A stretch of 63,713 bases of DNA, filler included, from Lenisia limosa (lineage: Eukaryota; Protista; Breviatea): the NCBI GenBank assembly GCA_001655205.1. It is 19 parts of 19 records of this genome, joined end to end, with 100 filler letters (N's around TTAATTAATTAA, not from the genome) between each part and the next. Parts side by side here need not be neighbours in the genome. Positions count along the whole stretch, not along the records: positions 27,596 to 30,506 come from LPNZ01006092.1; positions 30,607 to 33,666 come from LPNZ01002470.1; positions 33,767 to 40,769 come from LPNZ01009696.1; 16 more parts are not named here. One strand, given 5' to 3'. Positions within the stretch are counted from its first letter, which is position 1. Each line of letters opens with the position of its first letter. Below, piece by piece: positions 27,596-39,900 of this stretch. The translations under genes and the position numbers were made by a program. The notes under the pieces were generated by a model. The model did not search any database. It saw nothing but the letters and a program-made list of their open reading frames with translations, and was not told the origin of the DNA.

Positions 27596-29950
27596 GCTGG
27601 GTGGCGCGGACGTCAATCTGCGAAATTGGTGTGCTGCTCGAGGACCTGAAATGCGCTAAAAAGATCTCAAAGAAACTCCGCAATGCCATTAGACAAGTGG
27701 GGAGTCTTGTACTCTTTTTGAAGGGGAGCGTAATCACAGATATTCGGTAACTTCCCGCCGCGCTCTCCTCTTCTCCTTTTCATGGAATTATTCTTCGTTG
27801 CTTCGTTCTTCCTTCCTGTTTTTCTTCCTCGTTTCTTCTCCCTTCATTTCTCAATTCTGTTTCAGTAATCAAAAAGAGTTTTACTCCCCCAGGTTATGAC
27901 GGATGTGGAGGGAAGAGGCCCGAGTCAACAGGGCCCGCCCAACGCCAAAACGGAACTTGAAAGCGCCCTAGAGGCCCCCGCCCCCGTCCCTCACAGCGGG
28001 CCCTACAGAGCCGTTCAGACCAAAACTCGGCCATTGGTTGAGGTCGGCTCGGATTCCGAGGGTTTTGTTATTATCCATAAAGTTATTGTCTCTCTCTCTC
28101 TCTCGCTCTCTCTTTCTTTTTCTCTCCCTCTCTCCCGATGTATAATTACCGCCAGCATAATTGATTTTGAGTTTAGACAATTTTCCATTTTTACCCCCTC
28201 TTTAGCCGGTGATCACGGATCCATTTGCCGGTGGCATGGCTGAGGATTGGGATGGCCGAGTGGAGGTCGATCTTTCCCAGGCCCTCGAGCGCCGCGTTCT
28301 CAATGACTACGATCTCATTACCAACGAGAAAAAGGTATTGGGGTGCCGACTAATTTTACCCTCACTACAATTGTAAGATGATTTCAATTCTTTATAAGAG
28401 AGTGAAGAATATAAGAATATTTACTATATTGATTCATTACCTTCCCAAGTTAAATACTCCTGTAACCCTTGTAGCTGGTCCCCCTCCCCGCCAAAGTACC
28501 TGTCGACACCATTCTGGCGTCGTTCATGCCTAAAGTTCCCACCATGGAACAGTCTAAAGTGTAGGCCTGGGCTTGTTTTTTTTTTTTTTTTCCTGTCTAT
28601 TGCCCCCCCCCCCCNNNNNNNNNNNNNNNNNNNNNNNNNNNNNNNNNNNNNNNNNNTCTTTTGTTCGTATCTACGTCTTTTGCAAACCTGGTGGTGTTAA
28701 AAGCTTCAGTCAGATAATTTGTATTTCTCTTTTCTCCCGTCTCTTTTAACTTTTAACATTCCAGTGAGCGTGTGCGTGTGCGCCTCCTCGAAGACTTCCA
28801 AATGCTGTTTGACCTTTGCCTGGGATCTCTTCTTCTGGTTGGTGCTGGAAAAAACTTTTTCCAGGAAAACCACAATACAGTGGGAAAATCCCGACTCAAG
28901 TGTTTTCCAATCGAATTCCCCCTCGTTTTTTGCTCGTGGTTGTCTTTCTTTTGTTACTCGGAGTTTTCTGTTGAGGAAAATTCCTTGTAAAAAATCAGAA
29001 AACCACTCCCAGGAAAAAAAAACTCGGGATTTTCTAAGGAAAACTCAAACATTATCTTGTTTCTTATCCATCGGACGTATATCAAAATCGAATCTTCGGT
29101 TGATTTTGTGAGATTTTCCTGCTGACTTCCTCCAATAGCGTTATTAGTTGACTCGAGTACACTCACCACTATTCTCATCTTCCTTAATTGGCGTGACATT
29201 GCCGATGGCTTCTGTCAGATGTATTATTATTTTACATGTTTACATAATTCTCCTTAACTGCGCATGTAGCGTCTCACTCTTACCCTATTCAGTACAAGTT
29301 CGAACGCCCCCAGTATTGCGAGTTGACGGAGACGCACGAGGGCAAGAGGCCGAGTCTGATCTATGGTGCCGAGCATCTTCTTCGAATGCTCTGTTGGGGG
29401 GGGACTTTGAAGATGAATGTTTTTTTGTTTTTACATAATTTGTGCTGGGGGTGATGGTATTTGCTGTTATGTTTACTGTTTTTATATGTTGTGTTATACC
29501 CACAGTGCTGTATAATCTAGCAAATAGCTAGTCTGACTTCCTATATCTTGGAGTTTTGGCTTGGGTTTCAGCAGACACATGATTGGGAAATATCGATATT
29601 TTATCGGTCTTTTTCGAACCGAAGTGAAGCCCTAATCATTGCAACCCCCCCCCCCCNNNNNNNNNNNNNNNNNNNNNNNNNNNNNNNNCAACACGGTCAC
29701 TTCAGATTCTCACTACGTCTCTTCTTGAGTGAGCTGGTTTCGCTTTTATCACACCCCCCTCCGAAGTTTTATTTTTTATTTTTTTATTAGCTTTTGTTGA
29801 AATATTTTTCGAGGCTTCCGATGAATGAATAAGCCTCACCGCATTTCGAATTAAATCCCCTAATTCCGCAGTTATTTGGAGGCTTTCCCCGAGCTTTTTG
29901 CCGGACGTTATGATGACGCTGCCCCCGCTTATGTACGGTCGCTGAACTGA
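27596..29950 (+). CDS. MORF4L1: MRG-domain protein (MRG15/Eaf3), 5' partial
   Basis: Exons LERRVLNDYDLITNEKK|LVPLPAKVPVDTILASF, FDLCLGSLLL|YKFERPQY..PSLIYGAEHLLRML and DYLEAFPELFAGRYDDAAPAYVRSLN. TGA stop at 29948-29950. Confidence 0.9.
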
Positions 29951-30606
29951 TTTTTTGTACCCCCCCCCCCNNNNNNNNNNNNNNNNNNNNNNNNNNNNNN
30001 NNNNNNNNNNNNNNNNNNNNNNNNNNNNNNNNNNNNNNNNNNNNNNNNNNNNNNNNNNNNNNNNNNNNNNNNNNNNNNNNNNNNNNNNNNNNNATGTTAT
30101 TCTGTTGAGTTCCTTAAGGGGGTGGGGGTGATGTAATTCGTAAATATGTGATATTGCTGTCAGGGGGAAGGTGGAAGTAAGACCTCATATCATAATTGAA
30201 AACTCTATCAAGAAGTGAAATCGAAGAACTTTAAGAAAGATACAAACGTACAAATATACACATAAGCAACATGGAACAAGAAACAGTAAATAAACCTGGT
30301 GCACTACATCCAGGGCTTTCGTTGATAATGGGGGTTGACAGGAAGTCGTCTGATGAAGTAAACTTGATGAACGCTCATCAAAATACTTTATTTATTTATT
30401 GTCATATTATGATAAATAGTAATCCAAGATAGGCACTGATATAACAATACTATAATACTAGTATTTAGTCAGACCTGGGGTTGGGAGGCTGGATATAGAT
30501 CGGCGGNNNNNNNNNNNNNNNNNNNNNNNNNNNNNNNNNNNNNNNNNNNNTTAATTAATTAANNNNNNNNNNNNNNNNNNNNNNNNNNNNNNNNNNNNNN
30601 NNNNNN

Positions 30607-33433
30607 ATTGGGACATTGTTCACACGTGCCCATGGACTCGTAGTACCCGTCGTTACATACACAAGACGGCTCAAGCTGGAGTGTTAGTTACGGGGGAGGG
30701 GGAGGTAAAATTGGAAAGCTAATGAAACAAAAAAAAGCCTAAAATTAGCTCTATTGGCTAATACAACGTAGAAGTTGATTTATTTATGGGGGAGGGGGGG
30801 CAAGGAATTAGTTATACAGGAGAGTCGCCTTATTACCACCACCCACAGGGTCAAGATGAGAGTTGCCTTCACAGTAACAATCGTCAATACTGCTTGATCC
30901 AATCGGACTTGTCTGGGGGGTTGGGGGTGAAATACTGTTTTTAAATCGGGAAAAAGAGATCTAAAAGGGGCCTCAGCAAATTAGGCCAGAAAAAAACAAA
31001 GGGTTTCAGCTACAACAACATTGTTTTATTGAAAAAAACAATAACAAGACGATTTCTAAGCTGATTCCGATTATTTAACTATCCCAAAAAAGGCAAGTCA
31101 CCATATTAGGCAAGTCACCCCCCCCCATCCCACCTGCCCCTTATGGCAATTCTGGACCAGTCTTGTACCATTGTTATACGTGGAAGGCTCACACGGTACG
31201 CAATTCAGATCCTCAGTGGCACTACAGAAGCCCGGACCGCACATACATACGGTTTCCTGGGGAGTAAAACGAAGGTTTTCTGGGGGATTGAAAATGCAAT
31301 GAAACAAACCTAGGGCACAACATTATCCATATTAGCATTAATTACTAAGGGCACAACAATTGGCATTACTAAGGGCACAACATTATCCATAATACCATGA
31401 TCAGGGGCACAACATAGTCAACAGAGTTGTTGAAAACGGCGGAACAAGGCGCCATTTGGATGGGGCCTGCACACTCAAACTGGAGGGGGGGAGGTGAAGT
31501 GGGAAAACATTATAGTGGAGGAATGGGGTTAAGGTTATACAGGGATTACGGCTTTAATCCGATCCAAACAATGGCTAAATTTCTCGATAAATCCTAGATA
31601 AATATCGATATTTTACCGATCTTTTTCGCAAATGAAGCTCTTGTGGTGACAACCACAAGGACAGCCTCTCGCCACGCATGGCCCCTACCTCCTCAATCAA
31701 GCGCTCAATACCCCCCACATGGTCACCAAGGCTCTGGACTGCGATTTTGAGGTAATAGTCCGTGTTTTGCCTTCCAACAAACGAGAAAGAAGAGAAGGCG
31801 GTAGGAGTCTGGGGGAGGGGGGAATAAAATTGGAAAATTTATGAAACAAAAAAGCCCGAATCAACTCTGTTGGCTGATAACACACGAGGATTGATAACAA
31901 CAGGTAAAATACGGTTTTTGAATTGATACAAAAAAACACAATGTATCACTTTGTACAGCCCACCATATCCTTATATTACATTAGGCTTCACTTCGGATCG
32001 GGAAAATATTGATAGTTTTCGAGGATTTATCGAGAAATGTAGTCTGTTTTCGAAGTGAAGCCCTACTTAACACCAATCCCCCCCAGATCATTATCATATC
32101 ATATAGCTATGGTTATACACCCCTCACCATATCATTATATAATGCGGTGGCGGAGGAGACAGCCACCGTGCCGTCTCTTTGGTCGCAGGCGGCGGAGGAG
32201 TGGACCTCCATTGTCAGCTGAATGGAGGTAAAGTTAATAACCGATCGTTGTATGATCATATCATATCAATTTATAGCTACATACACTATACGGTATTAAA
32301 AACAATATGATATAGTATAGTAATTGTATTTCTTGATCCAAAAGTGACTTGGCCTATTATCATCATCCTTAACCCCCACCATCCCCCCAAACAGTTGCCT
32401 TATTAGTCCATTGGGTATCGCCGTCAAAGGTTTTAACGATCATTGTTTCGGTTGTTTGTACTCCATCTGCGCGGGGGGATGGGGGTAAATTGGAAATTTT
32501 TTGAAAAAATAAAGCCCAAACTGACGAAGGGTTGATAACAACAAAACAAGACCCAGGCCAAACGCTTCAACAGCACCCGTAGGGCATAACCAACAAAACC
32601 ATGCCCCGACAACCGACTTTATTCCCCCCCATACCCATATTGACGACGGGACTGCTTCCGAGGCTGAGGTCGCTAACTTCAGGCTTCAGCTCCACCAGGA
32701 ACATGGACGAGAAGAAGACTAGGAAGTTATCAGAAGACTACGAAGATAATGGGAGAAGAAGAAAACTGAGAAGTAAAGGGAATCTAATCACGTCATTTCG
32801 ATGTAGTTATAATATACATATAGTAAATATCTGAGATAGTAATATAATGAACTACAGGGTAGCTTATCCCTATAATCACATTAACAAGGGTTAACAAGTC
32901 GCCATAATCACACAAACAAGGAGTTAAAAACATATCACTATAATCATACTCAACCTCCAGATGAACCCCCCTCCCTTTAAATGCCTCTCTCCTCTTGTTA
33001 CGCCCCCATTACTGTCGGAAGTCGGTATGATTGATGACGTGTTCACAGACACTCTGTACTTGTCGGCCTCGGCCACAACCGGCGCGTCAAAGCTACATGG
33101 TCAGGGGAAAAAAGTGGATGATAGGAAGGAAATAACAAAGCTAAATGGTCAAAGGAAATAACAAAGCTAAATGATCAGTGGAAATAACAAAGCTGGATGA
33201 TGAGGGAAAATAACAAAGCTAAGGGGGGAAATGTGGATGGATGTAAAGAAAATAACAAAATGGGGGAGCATCTAGCCAAAGCCTCATCCCCCCAACAAAC
33301 CTGATAACCTCATCCGAATAAGACGTCTTGACATCAAGCGTAATAGCCTGCCCAGTGGTCTCACTGACAAGGACGATTGTCGGCATGAGGTCCGCGAAGA
33401 AGTTCGAACCGATAGCATAGATCTCCGTTCCTC
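30607..33433 (-). CDS. IPT/TIG-like plus GCC2/GCC3 Cys-rich surface protein, fragment
   Basis: Exons GGTEIYAIGSNF (TIG-like start), CMCGPGFC..CVPCEPSTYN, TSPIGSSSIDDCYCEG and SCVCNDGYYESMGTCEQCP. Confidence 0.7.
31811..31902 (-). mobile_element. Repeat family D, representative copy against an acceptor of the minus-strand gene
   Basis: Gene-sense consensus: ttgttttgttgttatcaaccctcgtgtgttatcagccaacagagttgatttgggcttttttgtttcataaattttccaattttaccccc..AG. Other copies are near 3253, 14458, 22050, 25292, 27118, 30692, 32472, 33500, 37575, 42035, 42180, 42865, 43020, 44035, 46724, 47340, 50737, 56905, 57361, 60620 and 61898. Confidence 0.8.
33122..33262. repeat. Intronic minisatellite with core gaaataacaaagct, ~5 units of ~26 bp
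   Basis: The core repeats with short variable G-rich linkers. Confidence 0.8.
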
Positions 33434-33914
33434 CTGGTGTGTGAGATGTATAAACAGAAAAGTGCTTAAAAGAAGGAAGTCAAGCTGAGAGGAATAGTAT
33501 AGGGGAAATTGGACAATTTATGAAACAAAAAAGCCCAAATCAACTCTATTGGCTGATAACACATGAGGGTTGATAACAACAAAACAACAAATCAAATAAA
33601 AAAATCCAGTTGCTTCAACAGGAACACATCCCATCACTCAGAATAGGGGTGCTTGGGGGGGGGGGGNNNNNNNNNNNNNNNNNNNNNNNNNNNNNNNNNN
33701 NNNNNNNNNNTTAATTAATTAANNNNNNNNNNNNNNNNNNNNNNNNNNNNNNNNNNNNNNNNNNNNAATAATCTGAAGGGGGAGTGTAAAGGAACTAATG
33801 AAGTAAAATGCAACCCATATTTTTTTTTATACCCCTAGCTCATACTGAAAGAAGGCTTGGTGAGGGGCTTTGTATGGATGTTGTTCGTTATTGAAGGTCT
33901 TATTGTTAGCCCAA

Positions 33915-36900
33915 CAGTTCACCAGCCACAGTTGGCTGTTAGACTTCTGAGCCATGATGTGAGTGACATTCAAAAGGGAGTGGCTTCTTTCTACCACCAA
34001 GTGGGGGGGGGGGGGNNNNNNNNNNNNNNNNNNNNNNNNNNNNNNNNNNNNNNNNNNNNNNNNNNNNNNNNNNNNNNNNNNNNNNNNNNNNNNNNNNNNN
34101 NNNNNNNNNNNNNNNNNNNNNNNNNNNNNNNNNAGTGTTCATTGTTGGCCTGATTTACAACTTATCGTATCCAGACCCTCAGCACTTCAACACCACAGAA
34201 GATTACAGGTATGTGGCAAAGTGTTCATGGCACTACAGATTCTCCTCGTTTATGGATGGATGAAATTGATCATCATCTAAATATTGTATTGGACTGTAAG
34301 AAAACCCTTTGAGTATTCTTGCTTTGTTCAATCAATATTTTTCATCCACTCCATTGGTCACAGCTTTCACTTACTCAGATTACCTGGAAAGCTGTAAGAC
34401 GGCCTATCAGGTTTGTTTTTTTGGGAATTGCACAAAATTGGTCCCTTTTCATGGGGGATAGCAGAGGTACCATTCATCATTGCAATTGAACTGTTTTTCT
34501 ACAAGAGTTCATTTAGCCCTTCATTTCCTTACAGATTGATGAGCCAGTCCGAATGATCATCACCACCATGTGTCAGTGCCTCATTAGTGTTTGTGGGTAC
34601 TTCGAGCACTTCAAAAAATGACGGGTGATTTCGAATTTTTTCGGGGATATACATTGATATGTACTTACTAGAGCTATATGATATATGTATATGATATATA
34701 GCTGCTAATATATGATATATACTTCTAGTATATGTCATTATTTTACGGAATTAGAATCGGGACGAGTTCGTTGCGGTTACGGAGAAGTGGGCGGGGTATT
34801 GTTGGAGGGAATATGAATGCTTGAAATATCGGGGTTTATCGAGGGTTTATCTTGTATGGCACCACAGACGGCGGTTTTGTAGCACCATAGCTGATTATCG
34901 TTGTAGAATTCAGCGGTACTCATCACTGGGGCGTATTGAGGTTAGAGGGATGAGGTCGGGGTTTTGGCAAATGTTGTCGGCTTAGCTTCATTGATTCTTC
35001 GATTTAACCCCCCCCCCCCCCNNNNNNNNNNNNNNNNNNNNNNNNNNNNNNNNNNNNNNNNNNNNNNNNNNNNNNNNNNNNNNNNNNNNNNNAGAACCAC
35101 CCATCAGCAAAGTGATCCGCTCTTTTGCAGGTATGCTGCTAATCGTTCTCTTTTGGACGCGATGCGGATATCCCCTTACTTTTCCAAGAGCTTGTGAGGA
35201 ACACTGAAAGCTATGCTGCACCCAATCTTACCGGTCACCAGAAAGATGGGTCTGGGGGTAGATATGGGTAGGGTTTCGTTTCGGTTTGAAAAAGACTGAA
35301 TTTCTCGACAAATCCTCAAAAACTATCGATATTTTCCCGAACCAAAGTGAAGCCTTGTTATTTGAAAAGGTGGCACAATTTTAACATCTATAGATTCATA
35401 TCTGCGATTCAGCGTACCAACACTTACCAGGGTATTGGTGAATTACTGCGATCGTTTGAGGTGGGGCATTATTCTTATCTTAAAACGTTATTTCATTGTT
35501 TCCATTTTCTCATATTTTCAATGAGGCGTAATGGTTCGCAGGTCAAGGTAGCTTGGTCCGCAGTCTATGAGTCCTTCAGGGATGCTCGTCAGCCCTGGAT
35601 AGAGAAGGTGGGGGCGTGGAGTAAATGTGTGGAGATTCTTTGCTAAAACTGGGCACAAGACGGATTTTAGAGGTCCTACCTGGGATATTGTGCAGGGTCT
35701 TTTGTCTTTATTCATATATCTAATCCTTGTAGGTATGCTCGGGAGGCATGCAGAAAGCTGTGTGTGAGTGCACAGAGTTGTAAGGCAAATGATTGGATGA
35801 ATTAGTATTACTATAATCCAATATCTTATAAGCGTGATGGTGTGGACGGCAGATACAACCTTGTTTTTATTTCTCATTTCTGTATATCATATCAGCGAAA
35901 CTAGCACAACAAGTTATCAGTATGCTCTGACTTTTTAGACTCACCTTGTCGGGCATGATAACATTGTAAGTTGGGCTGTGAGACGGTTGTTTTATTGCCG
36001 CGGGAAGAGCGTCATTAATTGTTAACTATTGTTAGGGTGGTCGTCCGATATATAACTACCTATATCAATTATATATCATATATTATATATTATATATTAT
36101 ATAATACCAAATTTTAGGCCTGACTTCATACCCCCATATCCCATATGTAAACTTAGCATCTGATCCCCCATGGGTAATATACATGTATATGATATACTAG
36201 TATATGTACTTTTGTAAAACGCAACATCAACATTTATTATGTACAACATATCAAATCATAAGTTACATATTATGATGTGATAGTTCATGGTATTTAGAAT
36301 GTGCTTATGACCTGTAGGTAAGATGCCTAGTCTCATTCGCACGCTTCATGAAAAACACCCCATACACAGACCCAAGTGGGGTTCGCAGAAATAATGTTTT
36401 CAGCCCGACTTTCAACCTGTGAGAAGGGGAGGGGTATTACTTCTCGAACTATTTAGTTCATGAATAATTTGCATTTTTTACTTCAAGAATCGTTGTTTTT
36501 GTTTCGGGTTCTCTTCACCCCCGCCCCCCAGAGATTCCTGGCTATCGCAATTCGAAGTTACCCCTCAGTCCACTCCCCTCATGCCATCTCAGCCTGTTGG
36601 GAGGGCAGATAATGTAAAGTGTCAATAGTGGAGGGGCAGATAATGTAAAGTGTCAATAGTGGAGGGGCATTATGTTTATGAAACCTGTGGGGCTGAGCTA
36701 AATATGAGGTCCACTTGTTTTTGAACTCGTTGATGACACCTCTATTGTTCAAAAACTCTTCTAGAAATACAACTTCTTTTTTTAACTACCTCATATTTGG
36801 TTGAGCCATTTTTCCTTTGATTAAATGAAGTGACCCCTTAGGAATCCGGGTCTATCCCACAAGATGAAGTCGACTTTGCATGTGACCAGTTCCATGGTAA

Positions 36901-39900
36901 GAAGGAAGGCTTCACTTCGGTTCCGGAAAATATCAATAGTTTTCGAGGATTTATCGAGAAATTCAGTCTTTTTTCGAAACCAAGGAAGCTCTAGTAAGAG
37001 GCTTGCCTTTGTTTCCGTATTCTCACCCCCACCTCTTCTCACCACCCAGCTATAGTCTGTGGGGTTCACGATCACGCTTTCCTTAACTACAGTCCACAAG
37101 ACTTCGATGAGTGGGAATGGGGGTGATCTCAAACAATTTCCTGATATCTATGCTTTGCTCTCTGAATTGATTGGTATTGAAAGATACAATCATTTGAAAA
37201 GAAATAAGAGAAAGAGATGCATTGAGCATCGAGAAATCAGGAACTTGCCCCAAGAAAGTATCCAAACCTCCAAATCCATCCAATCCCAATGTTGTCTTGA
37301 GAGAGTGTACGGGTTATATGGGGTTTTGACCTTTGACCCTTCATATCCTTCAAAAAGTGTGACGATTACTGTTTTCGTAATTCACAATTAGGGCTTCACT
37401 TCAGTTCAAAAAAAAGACTGAATTTTTCAATAAATCCTCGAAAACTAACGGTATTTTTGAACCGAAATGAAGCCCTATTCACAATCATTAACTTACTTCC
37501 CTCGCAGATACCTGGACCAAATTGATGACGCTACAACCATCTACCAACTCAGCCGTCTACTAAGGACGTTTGACGTGGGGGGAATTTGAAAATTTATGAA
37601 ACAAATAATCTCTGTTGGCTGGCAACACGCGAGGGTTGATAACAACNNNNNNNNNNNNNNNNNNNNNNNNNNNNNNNNNNNNNNTAGATGAAAGTGCGAT
37701 GGAGTGCAGTGTACCCCTCATTCAAGGCTGCTCGCCAAGACTGGATCAATCATGTACGTTTTGGGAATATCGTAAGGGATTCCTTTATTTGCGAATATCG
37801 TAAATTTTTCAAATTTCCGTAAAATTACATGGGATTCTCATGTAAAATTTGGGAATTCCAACGTTTTCACAAGAATCCCAAGTCGATGCGCCGTAGTGTG
37901 GTGTGATCAAAATACTGAATGCGAACACCACGTCGTCAATATGGAAATGTCCCTTCTGACTATTTAGGTCGAAGGTATCACCAACATTGCAGAATTAGTG
38001 GGAGGGGGTGCTCCCCTTCTTTCTTGGTTGTTTCTCCTTAAAGCAGACCGCTTAACCAGAATAAAACCTCGGAGTTTAAGGATTTTACCATGGGGTACAG
38101 CTTTTGACTACTTTTGACCAAAATTCATCGATTTGGGGTTCGGTGAAGATTATGTAATGAATCTGGTTTAGCGGCCTGCTTTAACTCTCTTTTTATCAGT
38201 GTATTATGGTTTTACTTATTTGCCCGTACNNNNNNNNNNNNNNNNNNNNNNNNNNNNNNNNNNNNNNNNNNNNNNNNNNNNNNNNNNNNNNNNNNNNNNN
38301 NNNNNNNNNNNNNNNNNNNNNNNNNNNNNNNNNNNNNNNNNNNNNNNNNNNNNNNNNNNNNNNNNNNNNNNNNNNNNNCGGAAGGAGGCGTATAACGACT
38401 TTAATGGCCACTATCGTCCCAATGGCGTCTTTGTCGATGGCTTTGATATGTGAGCGCGATTCACATGTGCAGGATTAAGACTTTGGAGCTTAATATGGCT
38501 GTTTTTGGGGATATGGCTCCAGAGCTCACGGTTGTAATACTCTTTTCACATTGCAGCAATAAATGGATAAAGCAAACGAGTGCAGGCGTTCCAAAAAAGG
38601 TGAGGCAAAAAGGATCTCACATACAGTGACTGAGATAAGTCTTGACCGATATATGTTAACCCATATCCACTAGTGATATGATCATTTGACCGACTTTCAA
38701 GTCGAAATGATGAACGAAGATAACACGAGGGTTCATCCCGAGTGTGTCAGAGTATCATTGAGACATGTCGGTCAATTATCATACGAGTGGGATATGAGGT
38801 ATCATATCACTGCGTGGAAAATGGTAGTTCACGCGTGTGAAAATGATCCAAAAAGTGATACTGATTTCCCAGGGAAAACCGGTCAAGACTTATCCCGGTC
38901 ACTGTATACACATATCTATCAATCTACCACTAACCCAAGCAGAAAGTGACTTCAAACCCCAGACTCAACCTGGCTAAGCAGCATTTCCTCTGTAAGCTTG
39001 GAAGGGAGGGGGGCTATCTCAAGTTTTCTGTATCAGAATATAGTGTATCGATATTATAGCAGTCGTGTCCAAATAACTGCTTCAGATTTGGTCTTTGGCG
39101 TTCAACCTCATGCATTTCAAGCCAGTTTCCTTGACAACGATTATGAACGGTGGGATTAGTAACAGACTTTCGGTTCCAAAAAAGACTTCATCCTCCAAAA
39201 TCTTCGATAAATATCGATATTTTATCAGCCTTTTGGAGCCGAAAGTGAAGGTCTAGTGAGTAATCACCCTCATCCCGAGTACTGTCCATATCCTATCCGC
39301 TCATATCCAACCCTATCCACTAATCTCCCCGATCCTTCCATATCTTCGGTCATCCCCAAGGTTCTTGGCGAATATTAGACAGGCCTCGGATTTCGCGACT
39401 CTTAGTGCCCTCCTCAGGAAATTTGAAGTATGGTGGCATCAACCTAATTTGAAAATTGTAAATATTTTGCGCTCTTCAACCACTTTAGGTGGAACTAATA
39501 GCTGTAAATGTCATGTAGAGAAGTTAGGAAGTTAAGTAACATTTTAGGTGAGCATTCGCTGGAGTGCTGTTTTCACGTCTTTCAAATCAGCCAGGCAGGA
39601 TTGGATTGCAATGGTGTGGGGGGGGGGGGAATANNNNNNNNNNNNNNNNNNNNNNNNNNNNNNNNNNNNNNNNNNNNNNNNNNNNNNNNNNNNNNGTCCA
39701 TTCTGTTCCAATAACACCTCAGACCTAGGGCTCTACTTCGGTTTGAAAAAGACCGGTAAAATATATAGTTTTCGAGGATTTTTCGAGAAATTCAGTCTTT
39801 TTTCAAACCGAGGTGAAGCCCTAGTAATCGTATGTACTCTTCCAATATAATACAATTTGACTGTTTCAGACCAAAACTGCCACCAAAGAAGCCTTTGTAG
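33915..39900 (+). CDS. Unknown protein with three copies of a helical W-containing domain
   Basis: Exon pairs FISAIQRTNTYQGIGELLRSFE|VKVAWSAVYESFRDARQPWIEK (~35394-35608), YLDQIDDATTIYQLSRLLRTFD|MKVRWSAVYPSFKAARQDWINH (~37509-37754) and FLANIRQASDFATLSALLRKFE|VSIRWSAVFTSFKSARQDWIAM (~39360-39613), all phase-consistent. Confidence 0.75.
35650..35880 (+). mobile_element. Repeat family B, longest copy (no TIR, one fixed end)
   Basis: Core gtgcacagagttgtaaggcaaatgattgggtgaattaatattactataatccaatatctcttataagcgtgatggtgtggacggcttcggccagatacaaccttgttttatttctcatt. Copies or fragments near 405, 8310, 18175, 19045, 20340, 24575, 25555, 40880, 41655, 43445, 44450, 46330, 48035, 49915, 50135, 57875 and 62185. 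Confidence 0.8.
37575..37646 (-). mobile_element. Repeat family D, antisense copy starting at a 5' donor
   Basis: It follows the plus-strand exon ...RTFD|GTggggggaatttgaaaatttatgaaacaaa...gagggttgataacaac. The same geometry occurs at 61898-61981. Confidence 0.75.
38624..38904. mobile_element. MITE family C, long form (281 bp) with internal inverted repeat
   Basis: Same CAGTG TIRs with TA on both sides. Internal inverted pair acccatatccactagtgatatgat..tgaccgac / gtcggtca..tatcatacgagtgggatatgaggt. The internal sequence recurs at ~57740-57870. Confidence 0.85.

Noticed and set aside
32390-32405. Apparent GC-AG donor after ...WTNK
   Set aside because: An in-phase canonical GT lies 6 nt further on, so no non-canonical site is needed.
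33122-33262. CRISPR-like constant core with variable linkers; also the arrays at 18518 and 63189
   Set aside because: The linkers are ~10 nt and related to each other, the arrays sit in eukaryotic introns or exons, and there are no cas genes.
35820-35870. Repeat B as a hammerhead ribozyme or U6-derived element
   Set aside because: It lacks the CUGANGA/GAAA core, and similarity to U6 is limited to GCTTCGGC.
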